The notes beneath the pieces are model-generated. The model did not search any database. It saw only the letters and a program-made list of their open reading frames with translations, and was not told where the DNA came from. Positions 1-10,446 of a stretch of DNA of 35,598 nucleotides are shown one piece after another. The position numbers were made by a program, and so were the translations under genes. The stretch comes from Euglena gracilis. Taxonomy: Eukaryota. The stretch is from NCBI GenBank assembly GCA_039621445.1, contig CP154954.1, forward strand, positions 28,237,037 to 28,272,634, read 5' to 3'. Numbering within the stretch: the first letter of the stretch is position 1; the number at the start of each line of letters is the position of its first letter.

Positions 1-1545
1 GGGAACTTTTAATGACATCTGAGGGGGGAGGGGGAGATCTGCCATAACCCCTTCCCTTATCAGGTTTAATACCTCTCTGCTGGCTCCTGCCTTGACCCAA
101 TGGGGGATACTGGCCTGCAGGGCCTTGTAGGGGGGCACCCCTGGGTGTAATGTACCTGGGGATTCCACAGGCCCCATCACAGGGGTCCTTCCCCTGGGCT
201 GCCCCATCACTGGGGGCCCCTCTGGGTGCCCCATCACTGGGGCTGCAGCTGGCCCTGCCATAGGGCTTTCCAAAGACAGGCTTTCCCCCTGTTTTGGAAT
301 GATGGGGGAAGGTCTGTGGTGGGGTGGTACATATAATGCTGGGCTGATTATCTTCTGGGGGGGGCCTGCCTGAGCCAATCTTGGGCCTCCCCCCCAAGGG
401 CTGATGTGGTCTTGATGGTTTTGGCCACCACTTGCCTTCAGGGCCCTTGGGCCTCCAGAGGCACTCAGGCCTGCTTGGCCCCCATTGGCCTTTTCTCCAG
501 GACTTCTCTGTCCATTTGCCTCCATCTGGCTGCCAGTGGCACACAGGCCTGCTTGGCCTCCATTGGCCTTCTTTCCAGGACTTTCTCTTCTCTGTCCTTC
601 TGGGTTCCCAGTATAGGCCACCATGGCCTGTGTTTGGCATTGGCTTGCTGCTCCTGGGAGGTTTGTGTCTGAAATTGCTGGGGGAAAAGTTGGACATACC
701 TTTTCCCAATGGGATCTCTCCAGGCTGGGGTACTGGCTGCCATAGCCTTGCCCCTGGGCCCACTGCCCTCTTGAATAATGGCTGCCAGAGCCTTGATTCT
801 GGGCCCCAGGCCCTGTTGAATGATGGCTGCCATAGCCTTGATTTCGATTTGAATCCTTTGGATTTCTGATCTCCCTTGAGAGGCTGCCATAGCCTTTGCT
901 TCTTCCCCTGGAAGGGGAGGAACTGAGAAAAAGGGGTGGAGTCTGTTGGACCTGTGATGGTAGTCTCCCTGTGTCTCTTCCTGACCACAGTTGTCCATGG
1001 TCCATGGCCATCATTTTGAGTGGGGGAGTCTGAAATCTTTGATTTGCTGGGGGGTGGGGGGGTTGCGATGGCCACGGACTGACGTGCTGCTGCCGCCTCA
1101 TCTCCTTCTGCAGCTGCTGCTGTGACTTCACCTTCCCCAGCTTCAGTTGACTTCTTGGAAGTTCTTTGCAGTTCTTCTTGAAATTCAGAGTTTCTTTGAA
1201 ATTCATTCTTCATGGAAGTCCTTTGTTGATATCTGTGTTTCTGTTCTTTGAATTTCTTGTTCCAGTTGAACTCGAGGCGTTGAATTCTTCCTTCAGGAAG
1301 TTGAAGTTCCGAAGAAAGTTCGGTCCACCAGTTGGTAAAAGTATTGGTTCTCGGGAAGGTAGTACTCCTCGAAAAGCAATTCCACTTGAACTCGTAGCAG
1401 TAAAACTCTTTCTCCTTGAGGTCGAAGGGCAGAATTAGGATCAGCCAACTCCAGCCCGAGGTCTGATGGCACGGACCTCTGGGCTGACGAACAGATGGAG
1501 GAGGAACTGATCACCCCTGTAGCCCCTGCCCATCCGTCTTTCTGG
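1..1545 (-). mobile_element. 5' part of a DIRS-type retrotransposon (ORF1/gag plus start of RT), running off the window's left edge
   Basis: On the minus strand, ~978-1012 reads DGHGPWTTVVR, versus DGHGPWQTVVR at 6182-6215 with mostly synonymous differences. ~1420-1455 reads ELADPNSALR, versus ELADSEFALR at ~5848-5877. 1-~160 reads PYKALQASIPHWVKAGASREVLNLIREG, matching the DIRS RT N-terminus (cf. LYQRLQKSLKWW at ~7111). The boundary near 1545 is approximate. Confidence 0.8.
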
Positions 1546-1692
1546 TCGGTACCCGGAAAATTTTTTTATTCCCCCACTCCCCGCACCAAATTTTTACTTA
1601 GAATGTTGAGCAAAGTAAGCAAAGGGTCATGGGACAGTTGGCCCGACAACAATTTTACACCCGACCCTTTGCTTTGCGTACCCCCCATTAAA

Positions 1693-2048
1693 CTTTTGGT
1701 CCAACTGAAAATCGATACTCAAAATTTCCGTGAACAAGCCAAAAATTTATTCGACACATGGTGTCGAATCCCCCTTCTTTTCCGCAAAGGACTTATACCC
1801 ACCCCCCTGTTGGCTCATGCCAAGAAGCCCATCAAAATTATGACCGCTGACAATAGCCCCACGTGCGGTGGCGACTTGGAATGCATTTTGGACATAGTTC
1901 TTCCCATTATCCTGAAGCACCACACACACACACACACACACCACAATTCCCAAATTTCTGGTACTTGGGCATTCGAGGCGAATACCGCCTGTCAGATTTC
2001 ATATTGGGTTTTCCATTCCTACGGCAACACCGATTGGTGGTGGATTGA
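1693..2048 (+). pseudogene. Decayed retropepsin (LTR-retrotransposon-type aspartic protease)
   Basis: LLVQLKID...AKNLFDTWC (DTG motif altered to DTW at 1753-1761)...PIKIMTADNS. After a frameshift near the (CA)n tract it reads DFILGFPFLRQHRLVVD, the D-x-ILG-x-x-FL...D C-terminal retropepsin motif. Confidence 0.78.
1919..1942. repeat. (CA)n microsatellite inside the protease relic
   Basis: cacacacaca... seen directly; coincides with the frame change in the protease. Confidence 0.9.
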
Positions 2049-2270
2049 CCTTCGCACGGTTTACGCACTACCCCCCGCACACACACCACACCCCAAACTT
2101 GTCCCCCATGACGTCACCCAGAACGTCCCCCTGCATTTTCACACCGTTTTCCACAACCGAAAAAAATGTTTCCTACCCTAGGGGTAAACAGAAAGCTGCC
2201 CCCCTACCCACCGCACGTTTACTGCTTGTTTCCAACGCAGTAGGGGAAGCTAGTATCTTAACCCTGCACG

Positions 2271-4400
2271 TTGCGCTGGGTTCCCAGGCGAAAGCCCAAA
2301 AGGCCGGAAGTAATTACGGTGTCGAGTAGCCGCCCAGCTGCACAACTGTTACGTTTTCCACCAGGTGTGTCAACTTCAGACACCCCTGTACACCCCCCAG
2401 CAGCTACCACAACCGACACCAATTTATGCACTGACACCCACACAAACGCGCACCACGAGCGCCAACCCTCCTACCAATGCGCTCACTGTCGGAGAATTTA
2501 TGCTCACCATGATTTTTATTGTGGATGTCTTGTTGAACCTTACAAAATAATCCAATTGGATCCCGCAACCCGGGAATTTTACCGCCCGGCACTTGGTAGT
2601 GGTACCTTTACACCTAGTAGTGACCTACAGTGACCTACAGTCGCAACCATCGTCAGCTCCCGCTGTTTTTGCAGCGGTTCTGGTTCAGGGCTTGGACGTA
2701 CAAGATCATGTAGATATATTTTTATCTCAACCGCGATAGGGAAATTCCCCCGGACTTTGTCCCCATCAGGCCACGGTTCGAGAAGTAAAGCATTGACGAT
2801 TATGTCAAACGCCGATTCGGCGATACGCTCGATAGAGCGTTACTCGTGCCCTTTTTCCAAGGCGGCAGAGTGAATGATCAAGGCATGGCCCTGCCCCTAC
2901 TGCGCTTCAACCACACGATGGTTTAATATGAATGGAAGCCATGGAAAACTTTCCGATTACGGAAACGACATGTGCCAAAGGCACACCGCCCAAAGCCGCA
3001 ATCGCCTACCGAAATTACGCCATCAGAACGCTCAACTCAGCCGCAACCGGCAACATCAGTTACATCTCAGCCGCAATCGGCAACGCCAAAACCCCGGGGA
3101 ACTCCTGGTCAGTCATCACCAACCACCTTCGGGCGTGGTCGGCGTTACCTGGGATCAAGCCTATCGGCTACGGCAGGACCTTTTGTCCCTAAGGGACCCC
3201 AGCAGAGCCAATCTTCTGTCGCCACCTCTTCTCCCCAGCCCGCTACAGGGGCACCCACTGGCGTCACTGCGCAAGCAGATACTGTGCCTACCGCTATAGC
3301 GGAACAGCCAGCAGCCCCTGCCGCTTCACTAGAAACGGTGGAGGGCAGTGAAGAGGGCGATGGAGAGAGCGGTGAATACTGCATGGAAGGCCTGGAGGAA
3401 ATATGTGCTGATGAACCTCAGCATCTAGCTGTTGCACCAGCCACAATGGGCTCCAGAACACCCCTTGCTGCTGAAGGAGATGTAAGCTCAGAGGCTGAAT
3501 CCCCACCGTCTGAGGCCGAACAGCCAGCGGTACCTCTGGTACCACCCCTCTCCTTACCCGCAGTGCCAACGACACAAATACCGACAGAGCCAGTCGCATC
3601 ACCGACAATAACTACAGGTGTTTTAGGTGGTGTGTTACAGGGTCTGACCGCGGCAATGTCCGCAGTATCAGCAGTGCTGACCCCTCGCGGCTCACCTGCC
3701 GCATCCCCACCAGAGACCCAACGGGTTCCTGCTGCTGATAGCAGCTCAACAGAACAGCCGTACAGGCTGTGGTCACAACTCCAATGGAGTTGAATGTCCC
3801 AGCAGCTAAACCAGCGGCAAAATTGCCGCCAACGGCGGAAGTGCAACCATCTCCTGCCAAACCCGCAGTTTCGGCACCGCCAACGGCGGAAAGACCATAG
3901 CCTCCAGCAGACCCTAAGGAAGAACGGAATTTGATAGATAACCCAACGGTCCATAGCCATGGTACAACGGCATAGGCAGGGTACAACGGGTGATACACCC
4001 ATCGGTACACTTGGTTATTTTTCACATTTCACAACTACACCTAGCAGTTTTTCGCAATTCGCGAAGGTGAATCAAGCACTTCAGTGCAAAGGCATAGCCT
4101 CCCTCTTCGGATTTGCGCATAGCGCTCCCCATGCGCCAATGGCGCTGTCCACACCCCCTGGGCATATCGCGCTTCACGCACATAGTGCGAATCGCGCGCT
4201 ATCGCGCATCGCCGACGTTTGGGTATATGCCCAACCCACCCATGCCCAGCCTGGATCGAGTCCTATGGACGTGTGACTCACAAATACGTTGTTCTGTTTT
4301 GCGGCATGTTCCCCCCCTTCAGGATGTTGAGCAGGTCTCCAAGTACGTCAAGGACACTTGGAATGCTTTTCAGTTTGGTCAAGATGGAATTCCGAAACAT
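2271..4400 (+). pseudogene. Decayed continuation of the polyprotein: Cys/His motif, unknown domain, Pro/Thr/Ala/Glu-rich linker
   Basis: ORF 2271-2633 contains YQCAHCRRIYAHHDFYCGC. Removing the 11-bp tandem duplication AGTGACCTAC(A) at ~2619-2641 puts it in frame with ORF 2972-3793, with three stops between. It continues with frameshifts (ELNVPAAKPAAKLPP..., ORFs 3959-4276 and 4113-4550). Confidence 0.55.
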
Positions 4401-4439
4401 TGGTTTTTTAAAACGGCCGACAAGGGGAATTCCTTTGAT

Positions 4440-4660
4440 TTGACCTTAGAAAATGATGCATTCTCTTCCAACGCGCATTCGTGCTTACCGCGACATTGGT
4501 CGCAACATTCTAACGCTTTTGACAAGTTCTGGAGAGACACCATCCAATAGATGCACCCTCACTGAAACTTATCCCGCTTGTTGTAGATAAGATTTTCCAG
4601 GATCAAGCGCGAGGCGCATTACTCGTGCGTGTGAAACCTGAAGCGGAATGGTTTCAAAAT
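4440..4660 (+). pseudogene. Decayed Dam-like N6-adenine methyltransferase domain of the DIRS-MT type
   Basis: LTLENDAFSSNAHSCLPRHWSQHSNAFDKFWRDTIQ*MHP then a frameshift to LIPLVVDKIFQDQARGALLVRVKPEAEWF. This follows the retroelement MT pattern DxFAS..N..LP.F.S...DAF...W.....(N)PP..LI..VL.KI.......LV.P.W....W and is colinear with 8593-8840. Confidence 0.7.
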
Positions 4661-5159
4661 TGGACTTGTGTACAAAATTCTGCTGAATTCAGGTACTGTC
4701 CTGCACTTTCAATTACAGCGGAAACCTGTTTATGGGTCATACCAACCATAGGGGGGGGGGAAGAACGGTGATACCTATCAGCAGTATGGAGAAAAGCCGT
4801 ATCGGCTCCCACACGGTCGGTATGATCCAACTCACCAACATTCAGGGGTGGTGATTGCGAAACACTGAAAGCATCAAAGAAACAAACGCGAAAAATGATC
4901 ATCACCATCTTCAAAGCTTGGTTGAAGTGTACTGGAACCGCGGTTGGTAGCAAGAAAAGCATCAAAGAGGCTGCTCCAGATCAGGTTTGTATCCTTTTTG
5001 AAGGCGGAATTTTCAACCTACCGAAACGCGTGGCGCATGACATTGAGTTCCCAAAGTTGGACGCCGCACCTCAGGTGGCCAAGGCCCCTTCGGCATTGCG
5101 ACGGCCGTGGGCCGCAGACTGGGAGGAGTCACCTGGAAGGAACCAAGCGAAGGACCACA

Positions 5160-5731
5160 AGCCATAGGACACCCAGTTCACCTGGGGCGAGGTGGAGCCC
5201 CAAGACCCAAAGATTCCAAACGTTCGACTTTTCTGCCCCCCCCCCCTTTGGCCACTGATTGTAAAATGCCCAGTTGTTTACTGACTAAGTCACTGTTTCC
5301 CTTGGCTCTCTGAAGCCCTTTTCCTGTGCTAATTGCTGCGTAATGTTCTTTTAAATTTTTGTGCAAAACAGCGTTTTCACTCCAACGTTCCTGAGCAATT
5401 TTGCTTCATGTGGATGCCCAACCCCCCAAACCTCGGATGCTTTTGTCTGAGGTGACTTCCCTTGTTCAGTTTTTGGGGATGGGTCCGCCCCAGGCTTTCA
5501 GCAGGATAGTAGTTTACTTTACGTCATTGATTATAATAGAGTGGTACGTTTTTAGTTCCAAGGGTTTTAGCCCTCAGAGTTCAGTCAGGGATTCCGCTAT
5601 ATGTTGGAATTTCTTTTCTGAACTTGATTTGAACCTTAATTTTACCACATCCCAGACCACTTCGTTCAGGTGATTTCTAAAAATCTCTTCGATCGGGGCC
5701 TCCGACAACGCGTCCGCGTATATGCACACCT
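5160..5731 (-). pseudogene. Old DIRS pol relic, 3' piece (RT YxDD region, with an internal deletion, to RNase H)
   Basis: One minus frame with 4 stops reads VCIYADAL..IFRNHLNEVVWDVVKLRFK...AWGGPIPKN*TREVTSDKSIRGLGG...QERWSENAVLHKNLKEHYAAIST...KGGGGRK, then QVNWVS after a frameshift. Colinear with VFIYLDDIL..LQNHLKTVVKDLLDSGFK / LHSDSSTHAWGG / HINVKELSAAVST / KGGGRK / QVNWVP of 7680-8480. Confidence 0.85.
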
Positions 5732-5836
5732 GACACCTCGGGCTCCGCACTTTGCCCTTGTGAGGCCATGCCTTGCTCGCCGGCGGTGTTGTTTGGATTG
5801 TTCGTTGCGCTGGGTTAGGAGGTCCCGCTTAGTGCC
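5732..5836 (+). repeat. DIRS left extension (5732-5758) plus left ITR (5759-5836)
   Basis: 5759-5836 is the reverse complement of 11816-11893 with 2 mismatches. 5732-5768 is the reverse complement of 11559-11595. Confidence 0.95.
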
Positions 5837-5866
5837 TTTTTTCGCCGGAGTTGGCTGATTCCGAAT

Positions 5867-6931
5867 TTGCCCTTCGACACCCAGAATAAAGGAACTTCAA
5901 AGACCTCACCAATTGAGAAAAGAAGAAGACAATCAATCCATTCAATTTATCCAGAAAGTCACGCTCGTGCAGAACTTCAAATCAAAAGTTGTAGAATTTT
6001 TCGAAGGAGTTCAATGAAAGATGCAAGTTCAAAGAAGCACAGCGTTGGAAAACTTCAAGAGGGAGCAGCAGCAGCAGCTGGACAACCTGACGGCACGGGT
6101 CAACTGTGGCGAACCGTGGCTGCCCCTTCCCCAAAAGAAATTTCCCCCACAGAAATTTCCAAAACCCAAACCCTCCAAAGTGATGGCCACGGACCCTGGC
6201 AGACAGTGGTCAGAAGACCCCGAAAGGGGCAGAAGCAACAACCAGCAGGCCACTACGGCCATTGGAGCCAGGGCCATTGGGGCCAACATTCTGCCAGTTA
6301 CACCAATACCTTGTTCAAGTTGGGCCATGGCGGCCAAAACAGCAAGCTGGGCCATGGCGGCCAAAACAGCAATGGCCATGGCGGCCGATGGAACAAAGGC
6401 CAGGGTGGCCAACAATACCAAGGCCAGGGTGGCCAATTCCACAAACAGATGCCCAGTGGCAGGGCCAGGACAGGTCAACAACACCCCCCCAGTCATTTCT
6501 TCATCTCAAACCCCATCAGGGGTACAGAGCGGGCCCCCAGTGGCCCCCCAAGATTTTCAATGGGCATGGCGCCCAACATCCAAAAGAAGTCAATGGGGGC
6601 TATCAAAGTTTCAAGAGTGGAGCCAACATCAAGAGGACCAGTGGGGCCAGATTTACCACCAACAACATCAACAATTTCAAGGCCATTGTGGCGATCAATT
6701 ATCAGAAGGGGAAAAACCCCAGAAGCTAACAGGCTGTCCCCCAGCAGGGGGTTTCAATGTACAGTGGCAGCCCCAGGAGGATGCCCCCAAAGGGGCAGTG
6801 GAAGACACAGGGGGCAACCCCCCCTCAACATTCTTTGTTTTGTTTTGTCAGTGCCCATGGCAGGGGCAAACCAAAACAAGGGGGAGACCCAAAAAAGGGC
6901 CCTGTGGTATGTCAATCGGCAACACCAATGA
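5867..6931 (+). CDS. DIRS ORF1 (gag-like) with G/Q/H/N-rich low-complexity region; true start uncertain
   Basis: 354-aa ORF just inside the left ITR. The DGHGPWxTVVR motif is conserved in this frame with the copy at ~1000. Contains GHGGQNSKL and GQGGQ repeats. Confidence 0.7.
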   Translation: MPFDTQNKGTSKTSPIEKRRRQSIHSIYPESHARAELQIKSCRIFRRSSMKDASSKKHSVGKLQEGAAAAAGQPDGTGQLWRTVAAPSPKEISPTEISKTQTLQSDGHGPWQTVVRRPRKGQKQQPAGHYGHWSQGHWGQHSASYTNTLFKLGHGGQNSKLGHGGQNSNGHGGRWNKGQGGQQYQGQGGQFHKQMPSGRARTGQQHPPSHFFISNPIRGTERAPSGPPRFSMGMAPNIQKKSMGAIKVSRVEPTSRGPVGPDLPPTTSTISRPLWRSIIRRGKTPEANRLSPSRGFQCTVAAPGGCPQRGSGRHRGQPPLNILCFVLSVPMAGANQNKGETQKRALWYVNRQHQ

Positions 6932-7083
6932 CAAACTGGAGGATCAGAGAGCCTGTGAGCAGAGCATGCACACCCCCCCAGCCACTTTTAGAGAATGCTC
7001 AATCCCCAGGGGCACCAGGGGTGCAATGTCCAACACCCCCCACCCAGCACCCAGAAAATCATCTATTTGGGAAAATACATTCC

Positions 7084-8160
7084 ATGGAGGAAAAATGGGG
7101 AGACACCCCCCTGTACCAGAGACTTCAGAAAAGTCTGAAATGGTGGACAAAAAATGCCCCCCCCAGCAACATGTCAATTGATAAAAAAGTAATTCAACCC
7201 CCCTGGGTGAATCCCCCAAAATTATCCACCCACCCAAAACCCAGGGCCAACCTGGACCTGAACCAGGCAGAAAAAATTCTGCTGGATTACGAAAAAACTG
7301 GCTCAGTGAAACGAGTTTGGGATTCAGCACCCCAGCATTTGATCCCCTGGTTTTTAATTTCAAAACCAGAAGGGGAACAACCAAATGGAGAATGATCAGC
7401 GACTGCAGAGAAATAAATCAGCAGTTTCAAGTAAAACCCTTCAAGTTGGATCATATCCAACACATTTTTTCCTGTTTTGGAAAAAGGCCACTGGGCAGCA
7501 AAAATAGACCTAAAGGATGCCTATTTTCATATTCCGGTAAGTCCAGGTCTAAGGCCATTTTTAAGGCATCAGGTAGGGGGGCAGACCTGGGAATTTCAAA
7601 CAGGCTGCTTTGGGCTAAATGTAATGCCCCAAATTTCGTGTCAGTCACGAAAACATTCGAAAAACTGTGGAGAAAAAGGGGCATCCAGGTGTTTATTTAC
7701 CTGGACGACATTTTGCTGGTGGCCCCCACCCAAAACAATTTACAAAATCACCTCAAAACAGTTGTCAAAGATTTGCTGGATTCTGGGTTCAAAATCAATG
7801 TGAAAAAGTCCACCCTCCAGCCCACCCAAGTGGTAACCCACCTTGGTTTTCAACTGAACTTCCAGGATGGAAAACTACAGGTGCCCCCCCAGAAAGTCAA
7901 AACCATAAAAAAGGAGCTGGGAAAAATTGTGAAAAAAGATTACATGTCAAAAAGGCAATTGGCTGCCATATTGGGCCAAATAAGATGCAACCTAATGGCC
8001 CTGCTGTTTTTAAGGGCTTTTACAGACACCATGGCAAATTTTTTGGTGGCAAAAAGCACAGCCCCTTGGGACTCAAAACACCCCATTTCCCAGGAAATCA
8101 AAGCCCAATTAAGGGAAATAAAAATTCTGCTGGACACCTTGGGGGGCAGACCCTTCCCCA
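7084..8160 (+). pseudogene. DIRS reverse transcriptase (frameshifted)
   Basis: Stitched from three frames: IPWFLISKP / KWRMISDCREIN / KIDLKDAYFHIPV...GCFGLNVMP / GIQVFIYLDDILL...GFKINVKKS...HLGF. Confidence 0.95.
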
Positions 8161-8560
8161 AAATGCAACCAGAGTGTTGCACTCAGACAGCAGCACCCAT
8201 GCTTGGGGGGGGCTAGACATCCACACAGGAGAAATTGTGCAGGAATTTTGGAGAAAAGACTCCATTTTGCACATCAATGTAAAGGAGCTCAGTGCAGCAG
8301 TCAGCACTGTGAAAAGTTTGAGCAAACCTGGGGAAACCGTTTCCTTGTCAGTGGACAACCAGGTAATTTACTTTTACCTAACAAAAGGTGGGGGCAGAAA
8401 GGACCCCTTCAACAAAATGCTGACACCATTTTTCAAGTGGTGCATGGAGCACCAAGTGCACCTCCAAGTCAACTGGGTGCCTTCAAAAGAATGCCTGGCA
8501 GACCCCATCAGCAGATGGGAAATGGACAGGGGGGATTATTCTTTAGACCCCCAACTTTTC
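8160..8560 (+). pseudogene. DIRS RNase H domain
   Basis: LHSDSSTHAWGG, HINVKELSAA, VDNQV and WVPSKECLADPISR carry the D/E/D/D catalytic pattern. Confidence 0.93.
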
Positions 8561-9036
8561 AATGGCTCAAACAACAGTTCAAAAATTTCATAAGTCTGGA
8601 AACAGATTTGTTTGCCTCCCCAGGCAACAAAAAAATGCCCAATTTTGTGGCCAGGTGGCTCCACTGGGATGCCACAGCAGTAAATGCATTACAATGTCCA
8701 CTGGACAACATGGGGGATCTTTATGCAACCCCCCCCTGGTCAATAATTCAACAATTTCTACCCAGGTTAAAAATGTTTCTCCAGACCAAAGTTTTGATGG
8801 TCACCCTCTACTTGGATTCTGCCACGTGGTGGCCGCAATTAATAAAAATGAAAGTTCCAGGGACCCCCTGCCTGAAAATCACCCCCTACAGGGGCAAGTT
8901 CACCAACTGCAGAGGGGAGCAAATGCCACCCCCCAGGTGGCCCCTGGTTTGCATGATTTGCTCCGGCAAATTTTGGAGGGGAAACAAATTCAGGTTGAGA
9001 CCATTAACGATTTCCTGGGGAGAAACCCCAGCTTAA
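8560..9036 (+). pseudogene. DIRS Dam-like adenine methyltransferase domain (C-terminus of pol)
   Basis: ETDLFASPGNKKMPNF...VNALQCP...DLYATPPWSII...VLMVTLYLDSATWWPQL. The NPPW motif appears as TPPW. Confidence 0.9.
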
Positions 9037-9070
9037 AACGTTATCAGAGTGCTTTTGCACTTCTGTGGGT

Positions 9071-9368
9071 TGAGAGCGCGGGCCAGATTTGAGATTTATT
9101 TTGGTAAGAGATGCCAGCAGAAATTAGGCATTACCTCACAGAGATTTTGGGGAATTACATTTTTCACAGGCAAGCTGGCAAACAGTGCACAAGTTTGCGT
9201 GGGACTCTGAACTGGATTCAAAGTATCAAGTCTTGTCTTCTGGGGTGCTGTGTAGGGAAGTTTGGGAAGAAGACCCCTGAAGGCTGAAAAGTTGGAATTG
9301 GCCAGAAGTCTGATGTGGTGAAATTATCTGGACACACTGGACCATCCCCCAACTTGCACAAACTTGTA
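9071..9368 (+). repeat. 5' LTR
   Basis: Direct repeat of 10447-10744, 293/298 identical by manual comparison. Confidence 0.95.
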
Positions 9369-10435
9369 TGAGATTTGCAGTGCAGAAAAGCCCCGTACAA
9401 ACGTACCTGTGGAGCCGGGGGACACTCAGAAGTGAAATGTCATGGAAGTGGCGGGCCAGCTCAGCAGCAGAAGGGGGACAAGGCAGAGGAAGGCACCAGT
9501 TGGCACACAGTGAGATGCTGTGTTGGGCCACCATGATCAACTCTCCAGATCAAGCTAGCAGCAGGCGATCCTGGAGTTGGTGCTGCTGTGGATCTTGGTT
9601 GGAGCCTGGGCTGAAGGACAGACGAATGTCAATCACAGCCCGCCATCATCATCAATAATCTCAATCTCCAAAATGTCTGTCAAGATGTCATTTCAGGGTC
9701 AAGTTCAAGTCAAGATGTCAAGTTCAATTTAAAGATCCCAAGGAATCTGTGGTGGAAGAAAGTTGTCATGTCAAGATTTCAATTTCCCAAGGTCAATCTG
9801 TGAAGGAGTTCTGTCATCATTTCCAAGATTCCAAGTTCCCAAGGTCAATCCGTGGAGGATCGAAGGTGTGATGTCCAAGATTTCAAGTTCCCAAGTTCAA
9901 GATGTCAAGTTTCAATGTCATTGGTCAAGGTCCCCCTGGAGATTTCGGCGCGAGGAGCCTGACCTCGTAAAAAACAGTGATCAGGGTTGTGCAACAGCCC
10001 TACAAATGCACATCTGGTGGACATCTTCAAGTTCGTCAACCTGTTGCTGCTGTGATGGCTGTGGTGTGTGCCGCCTCCCCGTTCGGTGCTGGGCCGCTTC
10101 AAGGGGGCTCTGCTCCGGTTTGGCTCGGCGGGGGTCGCCGAAGCCCCGGCTGGACCCCATGGGGGGTCATGTTGTACGGGGTAGGTCGTACGACATGGCT
10201 CTCTAAGGTGGAAAGGCTGGGGTGGAGGTAGGCGGCCCCACATGGTATTCATCTGTGGATATGGACATGTTTACAATTATCTGTGGATTCGAAGATTTTA
10301 CAATTTAAATTCGAGAACCGCCATTCGTCACTTTCCATGTCGCTGCTGCGTGTGTGTGTGTTGTGTGTTGAATTTTTATCTCCGGCCCGCTAATGTTTTT
10401 ACTTCCGTTTGGACAATTGCTTGGCAATTGTTTTT

Positions 10436-10446
10436 GGGAAGGGGGG
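10436..10446 (+). promoter_or_regulatory. Polypurine tract (PPT)
   Basis: GGGAAGGGGGG immediately before the TG of the 3' LTR, preceded by a T run. Confidence 0.9.

Noticed and set aside
2972-3793. Stand-alone mucin-like host gene (273-aa ORF)
   Set aside because: It is embedded in a longer stop- and frameshift-ridden run between the protease and MT relics, and has no real ATG start.
5160-5731. Plus-strand gene overprinted antisense to the old pol
   Set aside because: The plus frame continuing from ORF 4895-5167 has many more stops than the minus RT/RNase H frame.
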